This document shows positions 44,600 through 55,376 of a DNA stretch of 64,000 nucleotides, one piece after another. The stretch spans positions 62,001 through 126,000 of the forward strand of contig CAXBME010000026.1 of NCBI GenBank assembly GCA_963976765.1, read 5' to 3'. Position numbers and translations under genes: made by a program. A model generated the notes under the pieces. The model had not been told where the DNA came from. It searched no databases and saw nothing but the letters and a program-made list of their open reading frames with translations. This DNA is from an uncultured Planctomycetaceae bacterium. GTDB lineage: Bacteria; Planctomycetota; Planctomycetia; Planctomycetales; Planctomycetaceae. The number at the start of each line of letters is the position of its first letter. Position 1 is the stretch's first letter.

Positions 44600-47062
44600 T
44601 CAGTGATTAAAGATGAACTCTTTCGTGTTGAGCAGCGCCCAGAGAACGTCCTCGACCGCTGCCTGCCGCGACGCATCCGGGCCAGCGAAGACGCCGCGCA
44701 TCAATCCCCGCTCTTCGTCATTCGGAAAACGTGCAAGCGTCGTTAGATACAGTTCGTCAATTATCTCGTCGTCAGTCAACTCAGAATTCGCCAGTCGACG
44801 AGCTGTGCCGTTTCGATGCTGAATCTTCTGCATGATCTCGGGCGAGTTCAGGAGGTGCAGTGCCTGAGAAATGCTGGGCTCGCCGCTGCGTTCGCATTCA
44901 CAGACGGTCGCGCGAACCGGACGCCCGAAAATGCTGAAAAAGTATGACGGCATGCGGTTATCCCAAATCTGGATCGCTCGATAGCCGTCCGGCCAGCCGT
45001 TGAATTTCTCAGCGACACCGGTAGCCTGCGAGATCGCATCGAGCAGGGCCTCAGCGGGAATGGACTTATGCGCGGCGTGCGAAAAATTCTGCTGGTCGTC
45101 GCGGTTCGAGTCGTTCGATGCGGAGCTCAGTTGATAAACACCCGACTTCAGCAGCGTCCGGGTAAACGCCCGCATGTCGAACTGGACGTCGACCATGTGC
45201 TGAGACAGCGCTTTCATCAGCGGTTCGTTCGTCGCCGGATTCGTTTCACGAATATCGTCAACCGGTTCGACAAGTCCCCGTCCCAGATAGTGAGCCCAGA
45301 TTCGGTTGGCGATGGCCTTCGAAAAGAATTCGTTGTCCGGCTGCGTCAACCAGTCGGCGAGCGCGACGCGGCGGTCGGACAGTTTGCTGACGTCGATAGC
45401 GGCTGCTCCGAGCGCCCGTGCGGCAACCGGCTTGCCCGTGCGAGGATGCGGCAGGTCATTCCCGCCAAGCGACACAATTGCTTCAGTGCCGTTCGGGAGT
45501 TTCTTTAGCTTGATTCCGGTGAAGAAACCGGCCAGTGCCGTGTAATCTTCCTGACTCCATCGTTCGGATGGGTGGTGATGGCACTGTGCGCACTCGATAC
45601 GGACTCCCAGAAGCAACTGGCTGACCGCTCGGCTCATCTCGTCGGGCTTCTTCAGAATCCTGTAGAACGCTCCCGGCCCTTCCGCCGTTGTGCTGCCCTG
45701 AACGGTGAGCAGTTCGCGAGCCATCTGATCGAACGGAACATTCTGCTGGAAACTGTGTCTCAGCCAGCGTTGCATCGCGACGGTGCCCTGCGGGGTGACG
45801 ATCAGCTGGTCCGCTCGCAGAATGTCGAGCCACTTCATCGTCCAGTAATCAACGTACTCGTTGCGGCTGAGCAGTTCGTCGATCAGAAGGTCGCGTTTGT
45901 CCGGCGAATCATCTGCAAGGTATTTTCGAGCTTCGTTCGACGTCGGCAGCGTGCCGATTGTGTCGAGGTAGACTCGCCGCAGAAATTCCGAATCGCTGGC
46001 AGGAACGCCGGCATTGATTCCCAGGCGAGCCAACTGATCCCAGACCAGCTTATCGATGAAGTTTGCTTCCGCCGGTCTTTCTAAAGTGACACCAGGTCGC
46101 GGCAGCGTGACTCGACACGAAGTCACATGCCCGAGATACCGAACAAGAATCGCCGCCTCGCCGGGGATGTCACTGGCCTGAATCTGTCCTTGCTGGTCGA
46201 CGTCGGCGATGGCAACCGCGTTGGACTCGTACTCGGCCTCAACGGTCACGCAACGCCTTGATCCGGAACGATCCACAGCCGTAACTCGGAGCTGCTGCGT
46301 TCCGCCGGCCAGCAGAATCTGCTCACCAGGTTCGACTTCGATGCTGACGATCTGACCGGTCTCTGACTCCTCAGAATCAAGTCGGGCACCTTCGCGAATC
46401 CACCTCAGCACTCGGTCATATCGATAACTGCCGGTGTCAATCTTACGGCCGCCTCCGTGTGGCTTCTGCGATGTTCCTTTCAGAAGAAGCAGACTGTTTT
46501 CCGGTTGCGTAAGCGAAATGCGGCGGCCTTTTCCGTCTTTTATCAACGCCGCGTAATCGCTGGCGGCGTCGAACCCGAAGATGCTCAGTTTAAAACCGTT
46601 CTGACCTTCTGCCTTGCCGTGGCAGCCTCCCGAGTTGCAGCGAGCCTTGGTCAGGATCGGAATGATTTCATTTCGAAACGAGACCGGATCGGGATTCTCC
46701 TGCTTCACGACTTCGACAGGAACCCTCACGGTTTCGTCGCCGAGTGTCACCGCAATTTCTGTTTGCCCTTCGGAGCGAGGTCGGACAAGTGCTCCGTCAG
46801 GGACCGCAGCGACAGCTTCATCTGCGACAGTCAGCTGAACTTGGCTGGTGACATCGCGCCGGCCAGCTGCGGTTACGACCGAAACAATCAACTGCTGAGA
46901 CGCTTCCGGGCTGTCCAGAACGATCGTCGTGGGACTGACAATCAGTTCGGCCGCGACGTCGGTTCTCGCGACTGTCACGAAAGAAAGCATCAGCCAGCAC
47001 ACCAGCCACGTTTGTGAACGAGACGACGACTGGCTACGAGTTGAAGTTCGACGAGGATGCAT
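44600..47062 (-). CDS. DUF1549/DUF1553 domain protein with Ig-like domains
   Basis: CNSGGCHG, EFLRRVYLDTIGTLP, CAQCHHHP, NRIWAHYLGRGLVEP, EFIFNH terminus. Confidence 0.92.
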   Translation of the reverse strand: MHPRRTSTRSQSSSRSQTWLVCWLMLSFVTVARTDVAAELIVSPTTIVLDSPEASQQLIVSVVTAAGRRDVTSQVQLTVADEAVAAVPDGALVRPRSEGQTEIAVTLGDETVRVPVEVVKQENPDPVSFRNEIIPILTKARCNSGGCHGKAEGQNGFKLSIFGFDAASDYAALIKDGKGRRISLTQPENSLLLLKGTSQKPHGGGRKIDTGSYRYDRVLRWIREGARLDSEESETGQIVSIEVEPGEQILLAGGTQQLRVTAVDRSGSRRCVTVEAEYESNAVAIADVDQQGQIQASDIPGEAAILVRYLGHVTSCRVTLPRPGVTLERPAEANFIDKLVWDQLARLGINAGVPASDSEFLRRVYLDTIGTLPTSNEARKYLADDSPDKRDLLIDELLSRNEYVDYWTMKWLDILRADQLIVTPQGTVAMQRWLRHSFQQNVPFDQMARELLTVQGSTTAEGPGAFYRILKKPDEMSRAVSQLLLGVRIECAQCHHHPSERWSQEDYTALAGFFTGIKLKKLPNGTEAIVSLGGNDLPHPRTGKPVAARALGAAAIDVSKLSDRRVALADWLTQPDNEFFSKAIANRIWAHYLGRGLVEPVDDIRETNPATNEPLMKALSQHMVDVQFDMRAFTRTLLKSGVYQLSSASNDSNRDDQQNFSHAAHKSIPAEALLDAISQATGVAEKFNGWPDGYRAIQIWDNRMPSYFFSIFGRPVRATVCECERSGEPSISQALHLLNSPEIMQKIQHRNGTARRLANSELTDDEIIDELYLTTLARFPNDEERGLMRGVFAGPDASRQAAVEDVLWALLNTKEFIFNH

Positions 47063-47208
47063 CAGGCAACCCTGCGTACGCGGGAGGAATTTCGTGGGGA
47101 AACGATGGCAGGAATAAGCCTTCTACTTTGACCGGAATCGCCGGGTACGACAACGTCGGCTCCAATAATCAGCTGTCTGCCACCGTCGAAAAGATTATCG
47201 TCTGCCGT

Positions 47209-47487
47209 ATGGCAGAGCCCCAACAGAAACAATGGTTCTTTTATCTCGCACGATGTGCCGACGGTTCGCTGTACTCGGGCATCGCCGTCGACCCGGTCAA
47301 ACGGATGGACGTTCACAATGCAGGAAAAGGGGCACGCTACACGCGCAGCCGGCTTCCGGTCGTGATGGTCTATTCAGAGCCGCTGCCAGATCAGTCGTCT
47401 GCATTAAAACGCGAGGCCCTCGTCCGGAAGTGGAGTCGCCAGAAAAAGGAAGCCCTGATCGCCAGCACGCTGAGCGGCGAAGCCTGA
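47209..47487 (+). CDS. small GIY-YIG nuclease family protein (UPF0213-like)
   Basis: YLARCADGSLYSG, HNAGKGARYTRSRLPV, ALKREA. Confidence 0.9.
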   Translation: MAEPQQKQWFFYLARCADGSLYSGIAVDPVKRMDVHNAGKGARYTRSRLPVVMVYSEPLPDQSSALKREALVRKWSRQKKEALIASTLSGEA

Positions 47488-47680
47488 TCAGTGATCTGTG
47501 CGTAAAACAGAAGTTGCTAAGGCGAAATTGACCACCGACCAACCAGCAGCGGAAGACGCTTTCCGTCGCGCGAACAATGCGTCATCCTGCGCGATCTAAT
47601 GTCTGACCAATTCTTACCTCAGATGTCATTTGCCTGTCCTGATTCCGTACTTCACCTGCTAAGTTTCGCCGAGCCGCACC

Positions 47681-48265
47681 ATGATCTTTGTTCTCGATAA
47701 TTACGACTCGTTTACTTACAACCTGGTCCAGCGACTGGGTGAGATCGATTCGTCGCTCGATATTCAGGTCGCACGAAATGACCAGATTACGCTGAAAGAA
47801 ATCGCGGACCTCTCTCCCGAGCGGATCATCATTTCACCGGGCCCGTGTACGCCTAATGAAGCCGGTCTTTCGCGAGCGGTCATTGAGGAATTCGGTCCGA
47901 AGGTTCCAGTCCTCGGTGTTTGCCTGGGGCATCAATGCATCGCCGAGGTCTACGGTGCAAAAGTCATCCGCCACGAACGACTGATGCACGGCAAGGTTTC
48001 CCCGATCCTGCACGACGGGCGCGGCGTTTTCGCCGGGATCGAGTCTCCCTGCCAGGCCACTCGATATCACAGCCTGATCGCGCCGGAAGACTCACTGCCC
48101 GACTGCCTGGAAGTTACCGCCTGGACCGAGTGGGAAGGTCACCCTCGCGAAATCATGGGCCTCCGCCACCGCAAGTTCTGCGTGCACGGAGTCCAGTTTC
48201 ACCCGGAAAGCTATCTCACCGCTGACCAGGGAATTCAGATGCTGCGAAACTTCCTGGCGTTCTAA
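47681..48265 (+). CDS. anthranilate/aminodeoxychorismate synthase component II (TrpG/PabA)
   Basis: [32 protein letters not shown]. Confidence 0.95.
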   Translation: MIFVLDNYDSFTYNLVQRLGEIDSSLDIQVARNDQITLKEIADLSPERIIISPGPCTPNEAGLSRAVIEEFGPKVPVLGVCLGHQCIAEVYGAKVIRHERLMHGKVSPILHDGRGVFAGIESPCQATRYHSLIAPEDSLPDCLEVTAWTEWEGHPREIMGLRHRKFCVHGVQFHPESYLTADQGIQMLRNFLAF

Positions 48266-48297
48266 ATCGCTCAACTGTCAACAGGTGACCGACCCGG

Positions 48298-48368
48298 ACG
48301 CAAAGCCGCAGAGATTTGCAAAGCTATTCTGTGGCTCAGATCCTTTGCGGGCCTCTGCGACGTTGCGT
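48298..48368. repeat. imperfect inverted repeat (REP-like) between convergent genes
   Basis: ACGCAAAGCCGCAGAGATTTGCAAAG ... CTTTGCGGGCCTCTGCGACGTTGCGT. Confidence 0.65.
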
Positions 48369-48389
48369 TATACCGCTTTTGAACTCGGC

Positions 48390-49346
48390 TCAGTCCAGCT
48401 TGCCACTGACATGGCTGATCGACGGGAATCCGTGTTGCTCGCGGTGATAGCCTGAGTCGTAAAACTGGGTGCTCTTAAACCATTCCAGGCGACCGTCGAG
48501 TGATTTGTCGCGGACCTGATTCTGCAGGCCGACCATTTCGTCACCGGTCATCTGCTGAAAGTTGCGGGCGATCTCCAGATCCTGCTGTAAATTTTCCGGC
48601 GACTGAATGCCGGAAACCAGTGTGCTGATCGGCAGCGACATCGCATACGCGCGGCATTGATACGGAGTGAGTCCCGCGTCGGTGATCAGTTGCCCTTCGC
48701 CGCCGAGACTCTTCATGCCGATGCACCCAATGCCCCGCTCATTGAGGATTGGCAGGATCTCTTTCTGAAAGCTTCGATAGTGAGCGTCCAGGACGTTGGT
48801 CGGCATTTGAACGGTGTCCCACTCGAAGTCCTGGCTCAACATCTTCCTGAAGATGTCCGGGTGTTTGTGCCCGGTGAAACCAATCAACCGAACCTTCCCA
48901 GCCTTGCGAGCTGCCTCGGCAGCAGCGAGTGCTCCATCGACGGCGCAGATCCAGTCGGGATCGTTGTCGTAAATCACTTCGTGAAACTGCCACACGTCGA
49001 TGACGTCGGTCTTCAGCCGCTGTAGGCTGGTTTCGAGTTGTTCGGTGGCAGTTTTCCGGTCTCGCGCACAGACCTTGGTCATCAGAGTCACTTTGTCACG
49101 ACGTCCGCCTTCCAGTGCAATGCCCATCCGACGTTCGGATTCGCCGCCGTGGTACTCCCACGCGTTATCGAAGAATGAAATCCCGGAGTCGACCGCTTCG
49201 TGAACCAGCCGGACCGAGTCCGCTTCGGCGAGATGTTTGCGACAGAAATGTCCGCCACCGAAGCCCAGAATCGACACTTTGATGTCGCTTCGTCCAAGGT
49301 TTCGAATCGGGATGCCAGCGGCGTTTCGTTCGAGCAAGTCTGACAT
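48390..49346 (-). CDS. aldo/keto reductase
   Basis: FFDNAWEY..G.SE, LMTK, SLQRLKTDVID, GKVRLIGFTGH. Confidence 0.93.
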   Translation of the reverse strand: MSDLLERNAAGIPIRNLGRSDIKVSILGFGGGHFCRKHLAEADSVRLVHEAVDSGISFFDNAWEYHGGESERRMGIALEGGRRDKVTLMTKVCARDRKTATEQLETSLQRLKTDVIDVWQFHEVIYDNDPDWICAVDGALAAAEAARKAGKVRLIGFTGHKHPDIFRKMLSQDFEWDTVQMPTNVLDAHYRSFQKEILPILNERGIGCIGMKSLGGEGQLITDAGLTPYQCRAYAMSLPISTLVSGIQSPENLQQDLEIARNFQQMTGDEMVGLQNQVRDKSLDGRLEWFKSTQFYDSGYHREQHGFPSISHVSGKLD

Positions 49347-49662
49347 GGGTGTTCCTTCCAGTCGTCATTCTTTGATGTCGCGGTGTGGTCCGTCACGCGA
49401 TTCATTCACGAGCGGAAAGCTATCCTGTTGCCGGCCGCGGTCTCAACCGGATGGTCTGTTTTGGATTCCGATGCTGCAAAATCCCAATCAAAACGGCACT
49501 GAGCGGTGCCAGTTACCGCGGGGAATACACATTTTCTTTTTGAATCCTTGAGTTTGCGGCGTCACAAATCTGCGTTAATCCTGTACTGATCGGTAAGTCT
49601 CCATTTGCAAGTCATTCAACAATCAGGCTTGCTGACGCCAGTTCCGCCGGAAATCAGCCACC

Positions 49663-51099
49663 ATGAATCAGCTTCGAACATGCCCCGAGTGTGGAACGAC
49701 AATCACCGAGACTTCGGAAGCGGAACTTTGCCCCGGTTGTCTGCTCAAAATGGCGACGAACGATTCGGTCGTCGATCCCGATTTCGAACAGACACAAATT
49801 ACGCCAGGAAAAAAGAAGCAGCGATTTGACGCTCCGGAAGCCGACGAACTGAATGCTCTGTTTCCGAATCTGGAGATTCTTGAACTGATCGGTCGTGGTG
49901 GAATGGGGGCCGTCTACAAAGCTCGTCAGCCAGACCTCGACCGGTTTGTCGCTGTGAAGATTCTGCCTCGCGAGATTCAGGGGGATCCCGGATTCGGCGA
50001 TCGTTTCCTGAGAGAAGCACGCACTCTGGCAAAGCTCAATCATCCAAACATTGTCGCCGTTTACGACTTTGGTCAGATTGAGGAACTCTTCTACTTCGTC
50101 ATGGAATTCGTCGACGGAGTCACTCTTCGAGATACGATTACCGCTGGCAGTGTGGCTCCGGAAGAAGCTCTCCGAATTATCCCCGACCTGTGTGACGCGC
50201 TGCAGTTCGCTCACGAAGAAGGCGTCGTTCATCGCGACATCAAACCGGAAAACATCCTCCTGGACAAACGGGGAAGAGTGAAGATTGCTGACTTCGGTCT
50301 CGCCAAACTGCTGAAAGGCGACGGCGACGATGATGAGCACCTGACCGGCACTCACCAGGTGATGGGCACTTTGAAATACATGGCGCCCGAGCAGATGGCA
50401 ACGTCACGGAACGTCGATCACCGTGCAGACATCTATTCACTGGGTGTCGTCTTTTACGAACTTCTAACGGGCGATCTACCCGTCGGCTGGTTTGCTCCGC
50501 CGTCAAAAAAAGTGGCCGTCGACGTGCGCCTCGACGAAGTCGTGCTGCGGACTCTGGAAGCTGAACCTTCCAGACGTTATCAGCACGCCAGCGAGGTCAA
50601 GTCGGCTGTCAAGCAGTTGTCGTCTGAATCGATCGTCCCGCTCGTCGCACCGCCGACCGTGGGGGGGCAGGGCGGCATCCGCATCCATAAACTGTTGGAC
50701 AACACCGAGACAAAATACCGCACACGCCATCACCTCGTACTGATCGCATCGTTGATGCTGATACCGATCTCATTCCCCATCTTCCGTGAAAATTTCCTTC
50801 TGGGGCTCGCGACCCTGGCAACCTCGCTCGCGCTGTTCATTCGGGCTGTCAGAATCAAGAAGCACCTGGTCTGGGAAACCACTTACAAAGGCCACACGAT
50901 CAGGCTCGACTGCAGCAGCATGTTTGCCGAGCAAATTTACCTTGATGATGGACTGGTTCAACGAGGCGGCTTCGGATCAAAGATGGAATTCCGCACGAAA
51001 ATCAAAGCGGGAGATGGTCTGGGCGATGAAATTATTATCTGGTTCGATGCTCAATTCAGATACTGCCGCTGCCGGATCGACGTCGAAGAGCAGATGTAG
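49663..51099 (+). CDS. Ser/Thr kinase with Zn-ribbon and two TM helices (paralog of 943..3498)
   Basis: CPECG..CPGCL, HRDIKPEN, DFG, FAPPSKKVAVDVRLDEVVLR. Confidence 0.93.
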   Translation: MNQLRTCPECGTTITETSEAELCPGCLLKMATNDSVVDPDFEQTQITPGKKKQRFDAPEADELNALFPNLEILELIGRGGMGAVYKARQPDLDRFVAVKILPREIQGDPGFGDRFLREARTLAKLNHPNIVAVYDFGQIEELFYFVMEFVDGVTLRDTITAGSVAPEEALRIIPDLCDALQFAHEEGVVHRDIKPENILLDKRGRVKIADFGLAKLLKGDGDDDEHLTGTHQVMGTLKYMAPEQMATSRNVDHRADIYSLGVVFYELLTGDLPVGWFAPPSKKVAVDVRLDEVVLRTLEAEPSRRYQHASEVKSAVKQLSSESIVPLVAPPTVGGQGGIRIHKLLDNTETKYRTRHHLVLIASLMLIPISFPIFRENFLLGLATLATSLALFIRAVRIKKHLVWETTYKGHTIRLDCSSMFAEQIYLDDGLVQRGGFGSKMEFRTKIKAGDGLGDEIIIWFDAQFRYCRCRIDVEEQM

Positions 51100-51213
51100 C
51101 GAAACGAGCGATGAGTCAACGTCAGGGCAGAAACGTGGCTTTCTGGCAAAAGCTGGGACACGTCCGAGCCTGCGTCACTCGGGAGTGCAGACGCTGGTGC
51201 CTGAGAGCTTGTT

Positions 51214-54165
51214 TTAACGGTTCGGAAGCAGCTTTCGAAACACTGTCAGGATTGCCGGCAGCGTCACCAGCGAGACAAACAGGCAGCTGCCGACTCCAAT
51301 GACGAGGACCAGACCGACGCTGTAGAGGCCTCGGTGAGCTGCGATCATCATGCTGCCGAAGCCGATCATCGACGTCAGCGAGGTCAGCACGATTGCGTTC
51401 ATCGTGCTGGGTGATAGTCGGTAGCCGTCATGTTGAGAGTGGAAGTCGTGCAGAACGTGGACGCCGTCGTCGACTCCAATGCCCAGAATCAATGGCAGCA
51501 GAATCAGATTCGCGGGGTTAAAGCTGAGACCCAGTATCGACAGGGCTCCATACGAAAGCAGACCGCCCAATAGTGGCGGAACGAGAGCAAGGATTGTGAA
51601 GACGACGCTGCGAAAATTCAGCACCGCCGAAATGGACATCATCAGCGACATGAACGACCCAAGTAGAATCCACCAGTCGACGTTGCCAGTTCTCGAATAC
51701 TGAGCAGCGGCGACGCAGCCAGTGATGATGATCGACGGGAGCAGTGTCCTGAGTGCTCCGTCTGGTCCCAGGAAGTTGATCAGCAGGACGATCGTGATGA
51801 CGACAATCGCGTAAACCGCCGCGTGCTGATAACTCTGCATGATCTGTTGCGATGCTTCGTAGTTCTGCAGCGGCGTGCCGGTCACTTCGGGGTCGACCGT
51901 TCGCACATCGTTCACGAATGCTCGCAGCGGGTCGATGTCCCAGATCGGCTTCTTCGGGTAAATCTGCAACAGCCAACGACCGTCGCTGCTGACAAATCTC
52001 GACGCCAATGGCGCGGGGAGATCTTTGACGGTGACCGGTTCCGGATCAGCGGACCCGGCCAGCAAAGTCATCTGAGTCAGCAACGATGCCGTCAGTCGCT
52101 GTTGATACTCGGAGAGTACGATCAACTGGTCTTCCAGTTCCAACAGATCCAGTGCATCCAGAAGTCGGTCAATTGAGGCGGCCGCTGATTCTGCCTGGGG
52201 ATGGTCCAGGTCATTGAGGCGGGTCAGCAGTTGTTCGAGCATGCGACCAACAAGGTTCGGGTTGATCACCGGTGGCGGTGGCATTTCCAGCGGCAGTCGG
52301 CTCAGCTGCGCGTTGAAGCCCTGAATTAACAACTCAGTCTGTTCGGGAGGAAACTCTGGAAGTCTCGTCGCCAGTTCTTCGACATGGTCCACCGACGAAA
52401 GTTTTTCGAAGCGGGCCTTGAGTTGTCGAGCGTCGCTGGCGGATTTTGCGACGGAAACAGCAAAGAGCAGCGAGCCTTTTCCTGAACGATCTGAGGCGTT
52501 GCTGGCGTTGAAAATTCGTCGCTGGATTTCGACGGACTCCAGCCCGTCGGCCTGCAGATTCAGCAGGTTGTAATCGTAGGCGACACCCGATTGCAGGCGA
52601 CCGTCGCGGAGAACGATTCCCCGGCTGCCGACCATAAAGATTGCGATCAGCGACAGCAGCGCTACCGATCCAGGAAATCGATGGATCATCGATCTGAATG
52701 CGGCCCCCTGAAACGGAGTTGGCAATGCCTGATGTTCCAATCCACGATCGGCGACGACCACCAGAGCAGGCAGGACGAGAAACGTCGCGGCAGTGCAGAT
52801 CAGCACTCCGCTGCCAGCGATCAGGCCAAGTTCGGCAACCCCCAGAAACTCGGTGAACGACGCACAGTAAAACGCCAGCGACGTTGTGACTGCTGCGGTG
52901 ACGATGCCGACACCGACCCCTGCTGAACTGTCCGATAAAGCAGCACCAAGACCTTCGCCGTGATGCCGAAGTTCGAGATACCTTGCGAGGTAGTGAATCG
53001 CAAAATCGATGCCCAGGCCGATCAGAATCGCGGCGAAGGAAACAGACAGAATGTTGAGATGCCCGATCGCTACCGTTGTAAAACCGAATGTCCAGCTCAT
53101 TCCCACCGCCAGCATGACCATAGCCAGCAGAGGATGCTTCCAGCCTCGAAAACCGACCAGCAGGAAAATGCCGACAATCACAAACGAAAGGATCGACGCT
53201 CGAATCATGTCACTCTGCGAGCGACGCATTTCATCGTTTTCAAGCACTGGTATCCCGGTCAGGCCGACGTTGACTTCCGGGTGCCGGGATCGAATATCGG
53301 AGATCAGTTGACGGAGTCGATCAATCGATCTCGTCGCACCGTTGAAATCTCCTTCCCGCTGAATCGGCCTCGCTTTGAGGAACCCGATCGTGCCGGACTC
53401 ACTCAACAGGTAAACGACATCGCCACTTTCGCGTTGAAGTTCCGGATCGACCGACACGACCTGCGGCCACGGGCTGATGAATTTGTTCTGAGTCACAAAG
53501 AAGTCGATGCTCGACGCCAGCCGCTCCGTCTGAGTGACGCTGTCAGCCAGCTTCTGTTCGATGTTTGTGATCTCCGTCGGAGTCAACGGCACATCGTCGT
53601 CAGCAGCTGAATCTGAAACCGGCGCCAGCTTTTTGATCAGGCCGTCAATTCGAATCAGCATGGACGTGGCCAGCAGATCCAGACGAAGTCGATTCCAGCC
53701 GCCGTTCAGGATCGGTCGGAATTCTTCAAGATGCCGCAGACCCTGCTCAAGCTGAGCCGGGCTCAGGTACTGCAGCCCTTTGCGTTTCAGACTGCCGGTT
53801 TCGACTTTGAAGAGTACCTGGTCAAACAGCTCCGGTTCGGCATTAAGTTGACCTCCGAGGTCTTCCAGCAGAGCCTTGATCGCGTCCGGATTCTTGCCCT
53901 CGACGACGACTACAAGGTCGGAGCTGTCGCCGAACGATTCCGTAAAGCTGGTCCATCGGCGGTGGAAGTCAGCGGTTGGATCAATCAAATCCGAACGCTG
54001 CGTACGAAACTCGATGAACACGACAGTAGTCAGAACGGCAGCGATCGCTGACAGCGCGGTCACGGCCAGAGTGAGAAGGGGACGCGAACAAGCAGCTTCG
54101 GTAATTGCGCGCAGCGGCTTACTGAGATGAAACGGGCGAGCGTTGTCGGTCCGTTCTTGCTGCAT
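51214..54165 (-). CDS. MMPL/RND transporter, hopanoid transporter HpnN-like
   Basis: Two RND TM bundles (IGLGIDFAIH; LGIGVDDGVH), DYNLLNLQ, P-E-V-TG-P. Confidence 0.85.
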   Translation of the reverse strand: MQQERTDNARPFHLSKPLRAITEAACSRPLLTLAVTALSAIAAVLTTVVFIEFRTQRSDLIDPTADFHRRWTSFTESFGDSSDLVVVVEGKNPDAIKALLEDLGGQLNAEPELFDQVLFKVETGSLKRKGLQYLSPAQLEQGLRHLEEFRPILNGGWNRLRLDLLATSMLIRIDGLIKKLAPVSDSAADDDVPLTPTEITNIEQKLADSVTQTERLASSIDFFVTQNKFISPWPQVVSVDPELQRESGDVVYLLSESGTIGFLKARPIQREGDFNGATRSIDRLRQLISDIRSRHPEVNVGLTGIPVLENDEMRRSQSDMIRASILSFVIVGIFLLVGFRGWKHPLLAMVMLAVGMSWTFGFTTVAIGHLNILSVSFAAILIGLGIDFAIHYLARYLELRHHGEGLGAALSDSSAGVGVGIVTAAVTTSLAFYCASFTEFLGVAELGLIAGSGVLICTAATFLVLPALVVVADRGLEHQALPTPFQGAAFRSMIHRFPGSVALLSLIAIFMVGSRGIVLRDGRLQSGVAYDYNLLNLQADGLESVEIQRRIFNASNASDRSGKGSLLFAVSVAKSASDARQLKARFEKLSSVDHVEELATRLPEFPPEQTELLIQGFNAQLSRLPLEMPPPPVINPNLVGRMLEQLLTRLNDLDHPQAESAAASIDRLLDALDLLELEDQLIVLSEYQQRLTASLLTQMTLLAGSADPEPVTVKDLPAPLASRFVSSDGRWLLQIYPKKPIWDIDPLRAFVNDVRTVDPEVTGTPLQNYEASQQIMQSYQHAAVYAIVVITIVLLINFLGPDGALRTLLPSIIITGCVAAAQYSRTGNVDWWILLGSFMSLMMSISAVLNFRSVVFTILALVPPLLGGLLSYGALSILGLSFNPANLILLPLILGIGVDDGVHVLHDFHSQHDGYRLSPSTMNAIVLTSLTSMIGFGSMMIAAHRGLYSVGLVLVIGVGSCLFVSLVTLPAILTVFRKLLPNR

Positions 54166-54245
54166 GCATCTATTCGTGTCTGGTCAGGGCCGGAGCCGAA
54201 GATTCTGGTATGTCGATGAGCTTGCTGCTGAGTGGTCAGCGACGC

Positions 54246-55193
54246 TCAGGAAAACAATCCGCTGACAGATTCCGCGCGATGAATTCTGCGAATTGCTTCG
54301 CCCAGCAACGGAGCGATGGAGATCACTCGGAGGTTATCGAAGCGACGATCGGGAGCGAGTGGCAGGGTGTTGGTCACGACAACTTCGGTGATCGGAGCGT
54401 TGCTCAGTTTTTCAATGGCCGGGCCGCAGAAAACAGGATGAGTCGCGCTCACGTAGATTTTTCTGGCTCCGAGATCTCTGGCCACCTGCGCCGCTCCGCA
54501 GATCGAACCGCCGGTCGAGATCATATCGTCGAACAGCAGCGCGACTTTGCCTTCGATCGTATCGCCGATGATATTGGCCTGTTTTGTTTCTGTGGCACTG
54601 GCCCGACGCTTGTCAACGATGGCAAACTGACCGCCGAGATTCTTAACGTGTTTGAGCGACCGCTTGATACTGCCTGCGTCCGGGCTGACGATGACCAGAT
54701 CTTCCGGAGGGATTGCCAGCGACAGAAAGTACTCATCAATTGTCCCCGCCGCATAAAGATGGTCGACCGGCACATCAAAGAAACCCTGAATCTGTGCAGC
54801 ATGCAGATCGATTGTCACGACACGGTCCGCACCGGCTTTCGTAATCAGATTGGCAACCAGCTTTGCCGTGATAGGAACTCGGCCCGAGTCCTTCCGGTCC
54901 TGCCGGGCATATCCGTAGTAGGGGATGACAGCTGTAATCCGCTCGGCGCTCGCTCTTGCGCAGGCGTCGATCATGATCAGCAGTTCGATCAGATTTTTGT
55001 CGACCGGTGGCCCGGTCGGCTGAATCAGAAATACGTCGCGACCTCGGATATTCTCGTCCAGTTTGCAACTGATTTCTCCGTCGGGAAAATCCGCTAACTG
55101 AACATCCCCCAGCTCGAGGCCGAGGTGCTGTGCGATTTCCAGGGCGAGTTCGCGATGGGCGCGACCGCTGAGCAAAACAAGTCGATCGTACAT
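54246..55193 (-). CDS. prs: ribose-phosphate pyrophosphokinase
   Basis: FPDGE, PYYGYARQDRK, DLHAAQIQGFF, DDMISTGGS. Confidence 0.98.
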   Translation of the reverse strand: MYDRLVLLSGRAHRELALEIAQHLGLELGDVQLADFPDGEISCKLDENIRGRDVFLIQPTGPPVDKNLIELLIMIDACARASAERITAVIPYYGYARQDRKDSGRVPITAKLVANLITKAGADRVVTIDLHAAQIQGFFDVPVDHLYAAGTIDEYFLSLAIPPEDLVIVSPDAGSIKRSLKHVKNLGGQFAIVDKRRASATETKQANIIGDTIEGKVALLFDDMISTGGSICGAAQVARDLGARKIYVSATHPVFCGPAIEKLSNAPITEVVVTNTLPLAPDRRFDNLRVISIAPLLGEAIRRIHRAESVSGLFS

Positions 55194-55349
55194 GTTGAAT
55201 CCGTAACTACCGCAAATTGATGAGTTCGGGCATGTTGGCAAGGTAGACATGCTCGATGCAATTCAAACGAGCCCTGGAAACCGCGAAAGAGCAAGTTCCC
55301 GGACATCGGTGGCGTTTATGGCTTAAAACTCACAGCCGATCGCGACTTC

Positions 55350-55376
55350 GTAACCGGAAGGTTTGGTGGCCTGAGT
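55350..55376 (+). promoter_or_regulatory. putative ECF-type promoter GTAAC-N15-CCTGAGT (copy 3)
   Basis: Same boxes and spacer as 828-854; intergenic, pointing toward the TIGR03032/adhesin locus. Confidence 0.4.

Noticed and set aside
47209..47487. GIY-YIG protein as a homing endonuclease or mobile element
   Set aside because: Matches the ubiquitous small UPF0213 type; no intron or mobile context
54210..55097. 295-aa + strand ORF
   Set aside because: Antisense to prs
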